Positions 13,962 to 26,056 of a DNA stretch of 64,000 nucleotides are shown in pieces. The notes under the pieces are model-generated. The model worked only from the letters and a program-made list of their open reading frames with translations. It did no database searches and was not told the origin of the DNA. The stretch spans positions 145,142,001-145,206,000 of the forward strand of contig NC_043000.1 of assembly GCF_006345805.1 (NCBI RefSeq), written 5' to 3'. Origin of the DNA: Octopus sinensis. Lineage: Eukaryota. Each line of letters begins with the position of its first letter. Positions within the stretch are counted from its first letter, which is position 1. The position numbers and the translations under genes were made by a program.

Positions 13962-14360
13962 TAGGCGTAGGAGTGGCTGTGTGGTAAGTAGCTTGCTTAC
14001 CAGCCACATGGTTCCGGGTTCAGTCCCACTGCGTGGCATCTTGGGCAAGTGTCTTCTGCTATAGCATCGGGCCGACCAATGCCTTCTGAGTGGATTTGGT
14101 AGACGGAAACTGAATGAAGCCTGCCGTATATATGTATATATATATATGTATTTTTGTGTACGTTTCTGTGTTTGCCCCCCTAGCATTGCTTGACAACCGA
14201 TGCTGGTGTGTTTACGTCCCCGGCACTTAGCGGTTCAGCAACAGAGACCGATAGAATAAGTACTGGGGTTGCAAAGAATGGGTCCCGGGTTCGATTTGCT
14301 CGACTGAAGGCGGTGCTCCAGCATGGCCGCAGTCAAATGACTGAAACAAGAAAAAGAGTA
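13962..14360 (+). mobile_element. SINE family B (tRNA-derived head), full-length
   Basis: Head TAGGCGTAGGAGTGGCTGTGTGGTAAGTAGCTTGC..GGTTCCGGGTTCAGTCCCAC has A/B-box-like motifs, and tail GGCGGTGCTCCAGCATGGCCGCAGTCAAATGACTGAAAC. Sibling at 45983. Confidence 0.92.
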
Positions 14361-14419
14361 TACTAATTCTCTTTAAAAAACGCAAGAATCAAAAGTCTTG
14401 TTGATCCAAACCTTATACG

Positions 14420-14780
14420 AAAACATCTTTACAACATCTCACGACAGCAAAAGTAATTTCGGAGGATGATTCATAATTCTCCGTGAAGAACAGTGAAGAT
14501 AATAGTTGTGGAACGTGTAACAAATAACTTTTAATATTTGAACACTGTTTTAAAGATGTGAATTGCAACATCCAAAATCTCATACGTTGTACATCCTGTT
14601 CCAATAGGAAAGAAAATTATATTGGCGAGACCTAGAATTCTCATTGCTAACGTGCAGGAATTCATAGGCAACATACCATTTAAAATATGTACGCAAGATT
14701 CCGCTGACAAATCATCTGGAACTAAGTGGGAACAATAGATTCCCGATCTTTCCCTTCTATGACTGTCCAAGGTATGAACA
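14420..14780 (+). pseudogene. Penelope-like element GIY-YIG endonuclease remnant
   Basis: Translation DVNCNIQNLIRCTSCSNRKENYIGET*NSHC*RAGIHRQH matches the PLE pattern C.S.NLIY.I.C..C...YIGET...L..R...HR, with in-frame stops. Confidence 0.75.
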
Positions 14781-16569
14781 AAAAAAAAACAGAATATAAT
14801 GGGACTAGATTTTATGAAAATATTCTTACCAAGATTAAACCTAGAGGAAAAGAGATGTATATTTTTATAAAAACATGAGAAATTCTTATTAAAGTATTTT
14901 CATTATTGTTATTGAAATAACTGGAGTGGAGAAGGTCTCTTAAGCAACCAAAATAGAACGCACACACTGAAACATGTACATTTAAACACACATATTTAAT
15001 AAAGGTCCAAAACAATTTTGATAGCGTCATTTGTTTCTACAGCTGGTTAACATGGCAACTGACGAAAGGAAATAAAAGTGCTAAACGAAAAGTGACCTCT
15101 TGAAATGTCATCAATTTCAATTGTCCCAGAGGAGTTAGTAGGGTAGCAAGACAACTGTCAAAACCTACAATACAATCTCAAGCGAATAACAAAATAAACC
15201 CTTTCTCTTTTTTTGTATTTTTGCTTCTTACATTTCTTCCTTTCTTTGCCCATGTTGTTTTACTTTCTGCCCGTATATCTTTCTTTCTTTCCTTCCATTT
15301 GTCTCCCTTTAATGAAGCCGCCAGAAATTCAACACAAGTATATACAAGCCTACATACACACATGTGTATATACACACACACTTAGATACAAAATAATACA
15401 AATTTCTTCTCTCAAATAAACTCCAGATGTTTTCTACTAACTTTTGTGTAAAGGCGAAAATTTTCTGTATAAAAGATTCATTCTGGATGAATCCCTGGAA
15501 TGAGATCAAATCGCTAAATATATATATAAATTTCTGACTAACTCCTTTTTCTTAATATACATGTGTATGCGTAGGTGGGTACAGTGCGCACACGCATACA
15601 CACTCGCACACACACGCGCGTGCGCTTATTTATTTAACCACCTATTGATATGCGTTCTCTAAATGTATAAATATATCATTAAATGTATACAGTAAATGTT
15701 TGATGGTATCATATTAAGATTAGTATTCTTAGAGGAGTTAATTTTTTAACGGAAATTCACATTCTTACATGTGCTACTGGGACGCTTTTGGTGTACTCCC
15801 TAACGAAACCCTGATAGTTTTGCTTATGTTTAGGACGAAATGCAGATTTATTTATATAGGTAACTTCTGTTATAGATATCCGTTAATTGTTAAAGACTCT
15901 CAAATCATTGCTGATTGTAAAGTGTTTGATTATCGATGCTCAATCCATATCTAGACTTCCATTCGTATAGACTGGTCTTTCACTTTTCCTTTACTTCTTC
16001 TTCCATAGATAAACTTAGGTTTTAGTTTTATATACATGTATATTTTTATATACTGTAATTTAAGTTACTATGTTTGAAACTGGAAACCTTTTACATAAGT
16101 TTTATTATATATTTTCATTTACATACGCATGTAGACAAATACTTGTTAATAAGAAGATATGTCGGTAAACATATCTAATACATACGCAATATGTATTAGT
16201 TACGCTCGCATAGAGAGGAATAAAACCAGAAATACACATGTATTTAAAGTGCATTCGAGTGCTATTGTATGTTTGAATGCATGTATATATGTGAGGGAAA
16301 AACTCTTAACGAAGTTACTTATATAACATTTGCATCGTCACTAAATACTGAATACATGAATATATGGGTATTTCTATACCAATAATAACTCTAGATTTCT
16401 TTTTAGATGTGATCTTAGGATAATCTTAATTATCCTTTGCGAACAGATTATCAATGAATCACATTTCTATAGGCCTTTCCTAAATTATATCACTCAGATG
16501 TTTCACCTGTAATATCTATAGGAATAGCCCCAAAAAGGCATTTTTGATATAATGCTGCTTTGTGAGGTA

Positions 16570-16731
16570 GGGCTAAATTTTCAGAATATCAATGAGATAT
16601 GAAGATGAGTGTCGAGAAAATAGGAATCAGATACTACAAAGTATGCATTATGATGCGAATAGTTCGGTCTTTGGTTCCTATTTTCCCGACACTCATCGTC
16701 ATATATCATTGATATTCTGAAACATTAACCC
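16570..16731. repeat. Long inverted repeat / hairpin
   Basis: TTTCAGAATATCAATGAGATATGAAGATGAGTGTCGAGAAAATAGGAATC (16578-16628) pairs with 16673-16722 with about four mismatches. Confidence 0.9.
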
Positions 16732-16842
16732 CATTTCACAATACGGGTGCCATAGTATCATAAAAAAATCATATCTTACGTGAAAATCTAATACGAGCCA
16801 TCATATATCTGAGAACGTAAAATGGTCGCGGTATGATGCCGC

Positions 16843-17065
16843 CTGGCAGAATCGTTAGCACGCCGGGCGAAATGCGTAGCCGTATTTCGTCTGCCGTTAC
16901 GTACTGAGTTCAAATTCCGCCGAGGTCGACTTTGCCTTTCATCCTTTCGGGGTCGATTAAATAAGTGCCAGTTACACACTGGTGTCGATATAATCGACTT
17001 AATCCGTTTGTCCGTCCCTGTTTGTCCTCTCTGTGTTTAGCCCCTTGTGGGTAGTAAAGAAATAG
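16843..17065 (+). mobile_element. SINE family A, well preserved
   Basis: Near-identical to 8534-8762. Confidence 0.92.
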
Positions 17066-17552
17066 GTATGATGCATTTGGTCATAGATTGCAATGATCAA
17101 TGAGAACCTATCCTAAACAGACAAGGGCTTTCAATTGCTCAGTTACCCCTATCTACCACACCTAATACTACAGCATCTTCCTCTTTTTGAAACATATAAT
17201 AATTGCTACTATAGTGTAACATATTTTTACGTGGGGGTGGATGGACAAAGGACGACTAGAATGTCGTTAAATATTTGTACTTCATCATTTGATTTATTCT
17301 CAAAAATAATGCCGGCATCGATGAAGCATTTCATCTTTTCAATAATATTTGTTGCCAAAAGCGTTCTCTATTTCCTGGTATAATTTTTCAAAATTATCAG
17401 AATACATTTCTGTGGACAGCAACAAATTTTGTACTTCCATCGGCATTCACCATGATATGTGCATTCATTCAACTAACTAGGAGGAAATCTTTCAACAACT
17501 ACTGCTAACTTCAGATTAGTTTTAATTACTCAGTTACGTTGTACTGAGTAAT

Positions 17553-17880
17553 AATAGTAATAATAATAATAATAATGAAATTATTGTATACAGTGCTCAG
17601 GTGCACCACAACTTGTCAGAGTATATGCAGTAACGTACAAATGTTAGGAAAGCGAACAATGCATGAGTCAGATACATGCTTGTGTGTGTATGGAGGGGAG
17701 AAAATCAGGTGTAGTGTTGGCGAATCTCAGAAAGCATGGAAGTTTTGAAGGATGCAGTAACATAACGTACACTGTAATTCATAGGATGACGGTTTCTTCC
17801 AACTGGTCACTGATTGATGAAATCAGCTCTTTTCATCAAGATGTTAAAACAATATGTACGATTCTACCGTAGCAATGCGG
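17553..17880 (-). mobile_element. Probable LINE 3' end with (ATT)n tail
   Basis: Minus strand ends CTGAGCACTGTATACAATAATTTCATTATTATTATT, a short-tandem-repeat tail typical of LINE 3' ends. Family not determined. Confidence 0.45.
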
Positions 17881-18259
17881 TTTTGTTTACCAGTATTTTG
17901 GATGTAGTAGTCCTAAACAGTTTCGATTAAATCTTTTCACATATCCCACCTGATTGCCAATATGTTTAGATTTTAGCTGAGGCCTTCTTAAACACGAATG
18001 CGTACAGATATATCAATAAGTATATAAATTCATCTGAAATGTCTAATTGCAAGCATTGATTATTTTACTTCACTTTGTTGTTGTTGTTGTGTTGTTGTTG
18101 TTGAAAACGTTTCTTTTGTGAAATAGGTGGCAAAGAATTTTGTTTTCTGTTTACATGTCACGTTCAGTGCTCTTGGCATTTATAAATCTAAAATCCATTT
18201 TGAATCTGTAGATTTCAGAAATATTATCTACTGTCAAAACCTAGAAAATACGAAAACAA

Positions 18260-18291
<32 letters not shown>

Positions 18292-18369
18292 TCCATCATT
18301 GACAGCTAGCGAACATGTGAACTGCCATTCCGTCTATATATAGTGTTGTGATTCTAGATGCACACGCAT

Positions 18370-18377
18370 ATCCATAC

Positions 18378-18422
<45 letters not shown>

Positions 18423-18531
18423 TTTGTATATATATATATATAATATATATATATGCATATATATATATATATATATATATGTTATTGTATCGCATTTGAC
18501 TTTGTTTATATATATATAATATATATATATA

Positions 18532-18582
<51 letters not shown>

Positions 18583-18605
18583 TATATATATATATATATA
18601 TATTT
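18370..18605. repeat. Interrupted (AT)n microsatellite
   Basis: Direct repeat. Confidence 0.95.
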
Positions 18606-18899
18606 ATGTACAGATGACTCATATATGTGAATTCGTTTATTTTTGCGTGCGTTTGTATACTCGTTTACTTAGGTATATATACCAAATTAGAACTAAATTA
18701 AAATGCAGCATCCGTTTGGAAACTTTCAAAATTTGAATTCCCTCACACTTCTTTTATTTCTTATATATAATCATATTAGTGGGTAACTAGAATGTCTTTT
18801 GTATTTTCTATAATGTTCCATTGCAATGTTAAGATTTTATACATAAATTCTAAAAATATGTCTATATTTAGTGTATTTTTCTCACTTTTTTTAACTTCA

Positions 18900-18963
18900 A
18901 TATATATATATATACATATATATACATATATATAAACATATATATGCAAATATATATACATAC

Positions 18964-19054
<91 letters not shown>

Positions 19055-19114
19055 TATACAAGCATAGATGTTTCCAGATTAGCGGATAGATATAATATAT
19101 GAGTATATACTTAC

Positions 19115-19199
<85 letters not shown>

Positions 19200-19210
19200 G
19201 TATGTATATG
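18900..19210. repeat. (AT)n/(ATAC)n microsatellite block
   Basis: Direct repeat. Confidence 0.95.
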
Positions 19211-19372
19211 ATAGATCGCTAGCCACTGAATCTTTTTTCATTTACTCTACTTGTTTATTTCTGTGTTCCTTTCTGTCGAAGAGCGTAGGCTCGAAACGTA
19301 AAAGACTTCCTCACTTCCCGAGCGTTAAACAAATACATGCGTTTGTTGTTTACACATACGTCTTCTTTTGAT
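19210..19372 (+). mobile_element. Interspersed repeat with hammerhead-like motif (Penelope pLTR-like)
   Basis: Contains CTTTCTGTCGAAGAGCGTAGGCTCGAAACGTAAAAG, related to the 4837 and 61081 family. Confidence 0.5.
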
Positions 19373-19399
19373 TTTTTGTAAATTCTCACTATATATATA

Positions 19400-19413
19400 T
19401 ACGCACACACACA

Positions 19414-19498
<85 letters not shown>

Positions 19499-19560
19499 GT
19501 TTATATATATATAGAGAGAGAGAGCCAGCCAGCCAGCCAGCCAGACAGACAGATAGATAG
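19400..19560. repeat. (CA)n, (AT)n, (AG)n, (AGCC)n compound microsatellite
   Basis: Direct repeats. Confidence 0.95.
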
Positions 19561-22500
19561 ATAAATATATATATATAGATATATATAAACTACATACTCG
19601 AATATATGTCTTTCTACGTGTGTGTGTCTGTGCGTGCATATACATATGTATAAGTGCGTGTGTCTGACTATGCATAAACGGTAGGAGAGGCACAATGAGA
19701 AAGAGAAAGATATGGAATTTATTCAAAGAATTATGTCTGCTGCAAGGATTCTCCATATTTTAAAACGGTTTGAATTCCTTTTAGTAATAACAAAACAAGT
19801 TTCATCATGAGATTATGTGGTGGTAAATTATGGAACTAGCACGTTTTGATAAAAACTATGTTATTTGATATTTTTGATCATTCCAGTAGACCCCATGTGA
19901 ATTATTGTCTCGTACCCTCAAATATTAGCATAAGATAAGAGAATATTGCACAGTTCAGCGGAGGTGCCCCAGCATGGCCGCGGCCTTCGGGCTGAAACAC
20001 TTTTAAGGATTTTAAGGATTTACGGAGTTACAAGCATACTTTATTTTCAAGCAGTTGCGTTAGGTCAAATTGGCATATTGGTTCATTCAGATGCCATAAA
20101 AAGCCAAAATATGCATATTTTTCTGAAGATATTTTCAAGATACAGTTCGATATGAAATCAATTGCAAATAAGCTCTTCAGACTTTACATCGTGATGTAGG
20201 AATTACTCAACGACCTTTTAAGTAATTTCCTTGTAGCAAATTCTTGCGCTGTATATATTTACATACACCCTATAACTATATATATATATATATATAATAA
20301 AATATTAGGGAATAAATCCAAACTTACAGGGTAAAATCAGATTTAGGATTGAATCCAATTTTATAGTAAAATATTACATTATATTTGACTCTGGGTGTGT
20401 GTATGTGTGTGTATGTGTATCTATATGCATGCGTTTGTATGTAGCATCATCTTATGCATGCTTTCTGCATGCATTATATAAAATCGTAATTCTGGTATAT
20501 AAATTGTCTCGCTAGACAGATTTCACATTTTAAATGGTAGTGTTTACTTCAAGTTTACTTATATTATCCCTCTTTGAACGGAACAAATATCATTAATTTT
20601 ATACACATAAATTTCAAATTGCAATGGAAATACTTTCAATTCCCTATGCTATATATTTCGTTTTTAATCATTTCGTGCAGAGTCAACCAAGTTTATAGGT
20701 TTGAGCATATAAAAGAATTATTTTTACCTGCGTGAAAAATGTCAGCGGTGAGTATCATCTGTCAGCCAGAAAACCGAAGGAACAGTGTGAAATACATTTT
20801 TACGCCATGATACACCTTCTTTTATTCCATTATTCCCGTTTCCTTTGGAGAGAGGGTGAGAGTATTATGTGAACAACATACTTTAGCAAACACGTATTGC
20901 AATGGAAACAGGCGATATTTAATGTCAGTATAAGTTAAATATACAAATACATTAGAGCAATAGAGAATGAAAGTGAAGATTAACTTCCGACAAAGAAGCG
21001 TTAAGTACTAAGTTGACAGTCATAATTTATTTTGCACCCATCCAACGAAGATTGGCAGTTGTTATTTCTTGTCTTCTATATAACTTAGTGGTTCAAAGTA
21101 GAAACCATATTGATTTTGTAAAAATCTAATCCTATATTTGAGGAAACGTTTTAATCGAAAATTAATAAATAAAAGCCGATGCATTTAAATAATTTACTTC
21201 TTTTAAATTTACTACTAAGTATTAAACGCCAAAAATTCAGGAAGAAAATGAAATCAAAAGAATTGATAGAATAAAGTAGAAAAGAGACAAATCATCGATA
21301 ACGATGAAAGGATAAAAAGAACAATGATTTTAGTAAAGATAGAAGGCTCTAAATATATATAAAAAAAAGAAATAACGAACATATGATAAAATAAACAGCC
21401 TTTACAAAGATATAGACATGTAGAAAAATATTTATAAAATATCAAAAAATAAATAAATGAAGGAAAGACCTGAATAGAAAAAAAAATAAATATCGATCAT
21501 TTTCTTTCGAATAATACAGGAATCCTTAGTTAGTAGGTTTAATAACCTAGCAGCCAAATTTTTTTTTAATTGTTTAGCAGGTGAAATGTTTTGACAGGAA
21601 CTTATTAACAAAATACTTCCAGCAACTTCTAAATATTTTCTATTTTATTTTAACATAGCATATGTTTGTGTGTGTGTGTGTGCGTGTGTGTTTGTATGTA
21701 TGAATGTATGTATGTGTGCGTGCGCGTGGGAGCGTATGTGTGTGTGTGCGTATGTGCATGTATATGTGTGTGTGTATATGTGTTGTAAACTCAGTCATTG
21801 TAAAATAGTTGTATAATTCTATTTTACGTTTAATTGATATTAAGTTGTGAAAGCTAAATGTCCTAGTACGATTTCTTTGCAAAATATTAAGTTGACAATA
21901 TTATTTTTACCTTACTATTAATGAGATTTCTTACTGGATGGAGTATTCGCTGAGTCTTGAGCATGCTAGTTGAAATTTTTAACGATAATGTTTCGGTCTT
22001 TAAGTCCTAAATTCCAATTAGACCATTCATCTGTCTAAAAATCACTACAATAAGTATTATTTAAAAACTGATGGGAATTTTATTGGTTTTGGCTCCTCCG
22101 TATTTCTGTTCATGTGTCTATGAAACAATGATTAGATTATTATTTTCATCTGACTTTAAGCATATTTCCGTGAAGTTATTCGCAAGAAGGATTCGATATC
22201 ACATATCTGCTGGGGGTACTGCCTCGTTTTAAACTTCCTAGACAATATCAATAAATTTTCAGTATCATGATTTAGAATAGAAATGATTACACTTCATTTC
22301 AACTTTATACAAAATTGACCACGATCATTCCCAGTCACGGCACTTTTATGAAGAATATTTATATTGGAGTCTATCAAGCATAGAGCATAATTATATTAGA
22401 GAGAAATATTAAACACAGGGGCAGCCATTTCGCTTTTATAATTACGTTTACATTTTACGAGAATAAACTATACTTCAGTTTGAACGATGCTAAAATGGTT

Positions 22501-23359
22501 ATTGCCAGCAAATATCTTGTCGCCAACAAAAAGAGCAAGAACAACATTTGCACAGATTTACATTACTAACTGAAAGATAGATCTGCATATGTGAGACAAA
22601 AATGTAGTATGGTCATAATTGAAGGAAAATTCAATGGTTTGGCAAAGTTATAATTGGTTTTGTAATGTCTGCTAGTTTGAAGAATACACAATAATTACCA
22701 GAGTATGGATTACTTATCTTTAACATATGGGTTCATATCACCCTAAGAACAACGTGGCCCCGACAAAAACTGAATATGGTAAAAACTCACCCACACTTAT
22801 ATTAGAAATTTAGATAATTGAACTAAAAAGGGATATTGACGGTTGAAAAATTTCAAGTAGTGCTGTTATCAATGTAGGTCATGAGAGATTTTAAGTGAGC
22901 GCAGATCTGTACACTCAAGTAAGTCATAACGACGTTTGGAATTAACTGATATATCGGTTCTGTGAATTGAATAGGTAGCAGATAAGATCATCATACTGAC
23001 GATTTTGAACCATCGCCTTTGTTGCTCTAGTTGAGGGAGCAAGAGACAGTTGAAGAAAGATTGCGTAAAATGCTGAAAAATTAAAAGTAACAGACACTAG
23101 ATTCCATTATATTAAGATTCCTATCATATTGTACCAGTTGCTGGAATCTAACAACCAGTCTGCGTTCCCTTGGAATAACCAGTGGTGAAAGTGAGGTGGA
23201 CAAAAGGTAAGACTAGCGGACAACTACAATATTCCACTTCAATGTTTGTGGTATGCAGTAGGCCTTCAAACAACATAAATGGCTAGTCAACTTACTGGCT
23301 TCACTATGTGACACTAACTATACGTCCGATTTTCAGCAAGATAAAACCGCACGAGAAAT

Positions 23360-23380
23360 ATATATGTATATATATATATA

Positions 23381-23449
<69 letters not shown>

Positions 23450-23480
23450 ATATATACATATATATTTCTTGTGCATATAT

Positions 23481-23511
<31 letters not shown>

Positions 23512-23655
23512 TATATATATATTATATATATATATATCGGTTAACCGAATTATCCATACTAAGATAATTCATTCACCTACTTATATATATATATATATAT
23601 ATACATATATATACATATATATACATATATATTCTTGTGCATATATATATATATA
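23360..23655. repeat. Interrupted (AT)n microsatellite
   Basis: Direct repeat. Confidence 0.95.
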
Positions 23656-23996
23656 AACAAATTCAAAATGCGATAAAATAAAATTAATTATTATCGCTGG
23701 TGTTTCTAGCACAGGCCATATATTATTCATATATAAGTACATTAAAGGCGAAGTATGTACTAGATACACAGAAGCTTGATAAATTTAGTGAAATGAAAAT
23801 AAAAACTTTTACTAACTCGGTTCATCTTAGACTGCAGTTTCGCCTTTTTCAGCAATAAAAATAATATTTATTTACTCAGGTAGGCTCTTCGGTAAGATTC
23901 CTGTTATTCTGAAACGCACCTCAATAGACACATGTGCGTCTACTAATTTGCTCTTTCTAACTAATCAGATCACTGCGCAGACGCAGAACGAACCCG

Positions 23997-24047
<51 letters not shown>

Positions 24048-24048
24048 A

Positions 24049-24270
24049 ACGTGATCACCGTGACCGACCAGACTATCAGATGTTGCTACACATCGCTGGT
24101 CAGAAAGCGCTTCGCATTGGCTAAGCGAGCAGGCCCACAGAAGAAAGAGCGAGGGCAAGTTGTGGCGAAAGAGTACAGCAGGGATCGCCATAACACCCTG
24201 CCGGAGCCTCGTGGAGCTTTACGTCTTTCCGCTCAATAAACACTCACAATTCCCGCGAAGTCCAACCACG
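24049..24270 (-). mobile_element. SINE family C, 5'-truncated
   Basis: Homologous to 44861-45090. The minus strand shares GTGTTTATTGAGC..AAGCTCCACGAGGCTCCGGCAG with the tRNA-headed SINE at 30724. Confidence 0.8.
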
Positions 24271-24272
24271 AG

Positions 24273-24415
24273 TCCACCATCAACAGGTAATTTGTGACGC
24301 AGCTGACAGGTAACATTCACAAGTACTTAAATAAATATATATGTCTGTATATTTACTTAAGTACCTGACAATTTTACCTGTCGCCTGTGTGACAATTTTA
24401 CCTGTCGATGGTGGA
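24273..24415. repeat. Palindromic fold-back element with internal GACAGGTAAAATTGTCA subrepeats
   Basis: TCCACCATCAACAGGTAA.. at the left end versus ..TTACCTGTCGATGGTGGA at the right end. Inner arms GTACTTAAATAAATATA and TATATTTACTTAAGTAC. Confidence 0.85.
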
Positions 24416-24479
24416 ATATAGGTTATTATTTAATCTATGAATACATAAATAAAATTGTACCAATGCAGCTGTTGGAAAT

Positions 24480-25045
24480 TACAGGGAAAAAATAGATTTA
24501 GGATTAAATCTAATTTCACAGTATAAATATAAATTAAATTAGAGATAAAACCACTATTAGGCAAATCAAACAGTGAAAAACATAATTTTCCCCTGTAAAT
24601 TTGGATTTACTCCCTAATATCATTATTAGTGTTATAATTAATATATTGATAAATTACGTTTATTGAGTGTAATATCTCAATTTCGTGAGTTATGGAATGT
24701 ACAGGTAAGATAGAACCGCTATTTTGGAATTCATCTATGAAGGATAGTCCAATACCCTCTAGGAAAGAACATATTTTTGAAACTTAATAATATTAAGGAT
24801 TTTGTTTCTAGGATTAAATGGAAAGCCTAATAATTTTAAATTTAAATATTTTAAATTTTATATTTCATATATTTTGTATATTATATTAATTATTTTTACT
24901 TTTATGTTTTGGTTTATGTTTTTCACTGTTTGATTTGCCTAATAGTGGTTTTATCTCTAATTTAATTTATATTTATACTGTGAAATTATATATGATCCTA
25001 AATCTAATTTTTCCCTGTAAGTTTGGATTTACTCCCTAATATCAT
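24480..25045. repeat. Inverted duplication of ~106 bp plus 33-bp direct repeat (Penelope pLTR-like arrangement)
   Basis: 24480-24585 is the reverse complement of 24914-25019. CCCTGTAAaTTTGGATTTACTCCCTAATATCAT repeats directly at 24591-24623 and 25013-25045. Related sequence at about 20300-20385. Confidence 0.85.
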
Positions 25046-25824
25046 ACATATATATATATATATATATATATACAGCCACAGCAGGAAATGTATCAGGACA
25101 TGAAATATAAAAGCCGGACTAGACTAATTTATGCGCAACTCCATTGACTCCAGAGACAAAAACGATGCCAACGAATATATATGAGCCTATGTTTTTATAT
25201 AAGACCCATCATTTCACAATACCTAAGCGTTAAAATTTGCAAAAGCTGCATCGAAAACGTGTTTATGCCAGGCATTGGTCGTTTCATGGAAGTGGGGCGC
25301 TCTTTCAATATTCACGCTGGGTACGGAGATGGCCGATTAGTTATGAATAGACGCACCTTGCGTAATTAGAGTGGATCATGTACTTCTTTGTAAGTTAAAT
25401 GCTGGTCTTTCTTCCCAGGTTGATACTCATGTAATACCGTATAGCATTTTTCACATGTATGTCCCTACCGACCACTCTCTTTTATCTAAAGCTGGTGTAT
25501 TTGACATAGAAATCATTTAAGTCCATGAGCAAATACCTAGAGAAGAAAGTACTTCAAGTCAGACCAAATCACTCTCTTACAATTTTGCTAAGACCCTACC
25601 ATTGATAGCTCTACTCATTGCACTTGTGAGAACAGTGAAATGATGAGAAAAAAATTCGACTTTAACGGCGTTGGACTGTAAACGCTGTCCCACTCTCTTG
25701 TGGCTGTGGTAATTCTTTTCCTTATGCATATTCACCCAGACATACACACACAAATATGTACATATAAACATAAATATGTAAACGTGTTCCACAGTTTGTG
25801 TAAACACACACATTTGTATCTACC

Positions 25825-26056
25825 GGCGTCGTGTCCAGGTGGGGAACCTATATGCCAAGGAACCCGGGAAACCGGCCCTTATGAGTCAGGCTTAACTCGA
25901 GAAGGAACAAACAATCAAGGCGGCAAGCTGGCAGAATCGTTAGCATACCGGCCAGAATACTTATCGTTCAGAGTTCAAATTCCGCCGAGGTCGACCTTGC
26001 CTTCTATTCTTTCGGCCTCGATAAAATATGTATCAATTGAGCACTCCAGTTGATTT
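25825..26056 (+). repeat. Local duplicate of the SINE junction at 30936-31153
   Basis: Same SINE tail joined to a family A SINE, with the same diagnostic internal deletion (CAGAATACTTATCGTTCAGAG). Confidence 0.9.

Noticed and set aside
20739-20753. AAAAATGTCAGCG|GTGAGT, a possible tiny first coding exon
   Set aside because: Equally plausible splice signals lie on the opposite strand, and there is nothing to discriminate without RNA data.
23826-23856. Minus-strand CTGAAAA-AGGC-GAAACTGCAGTC with a palindromic stem III and GUC
   Set aside because: Stem II is absent, G8 is mutated without compensation and stem I is only 3 bp. At best a fossil hammerhead.
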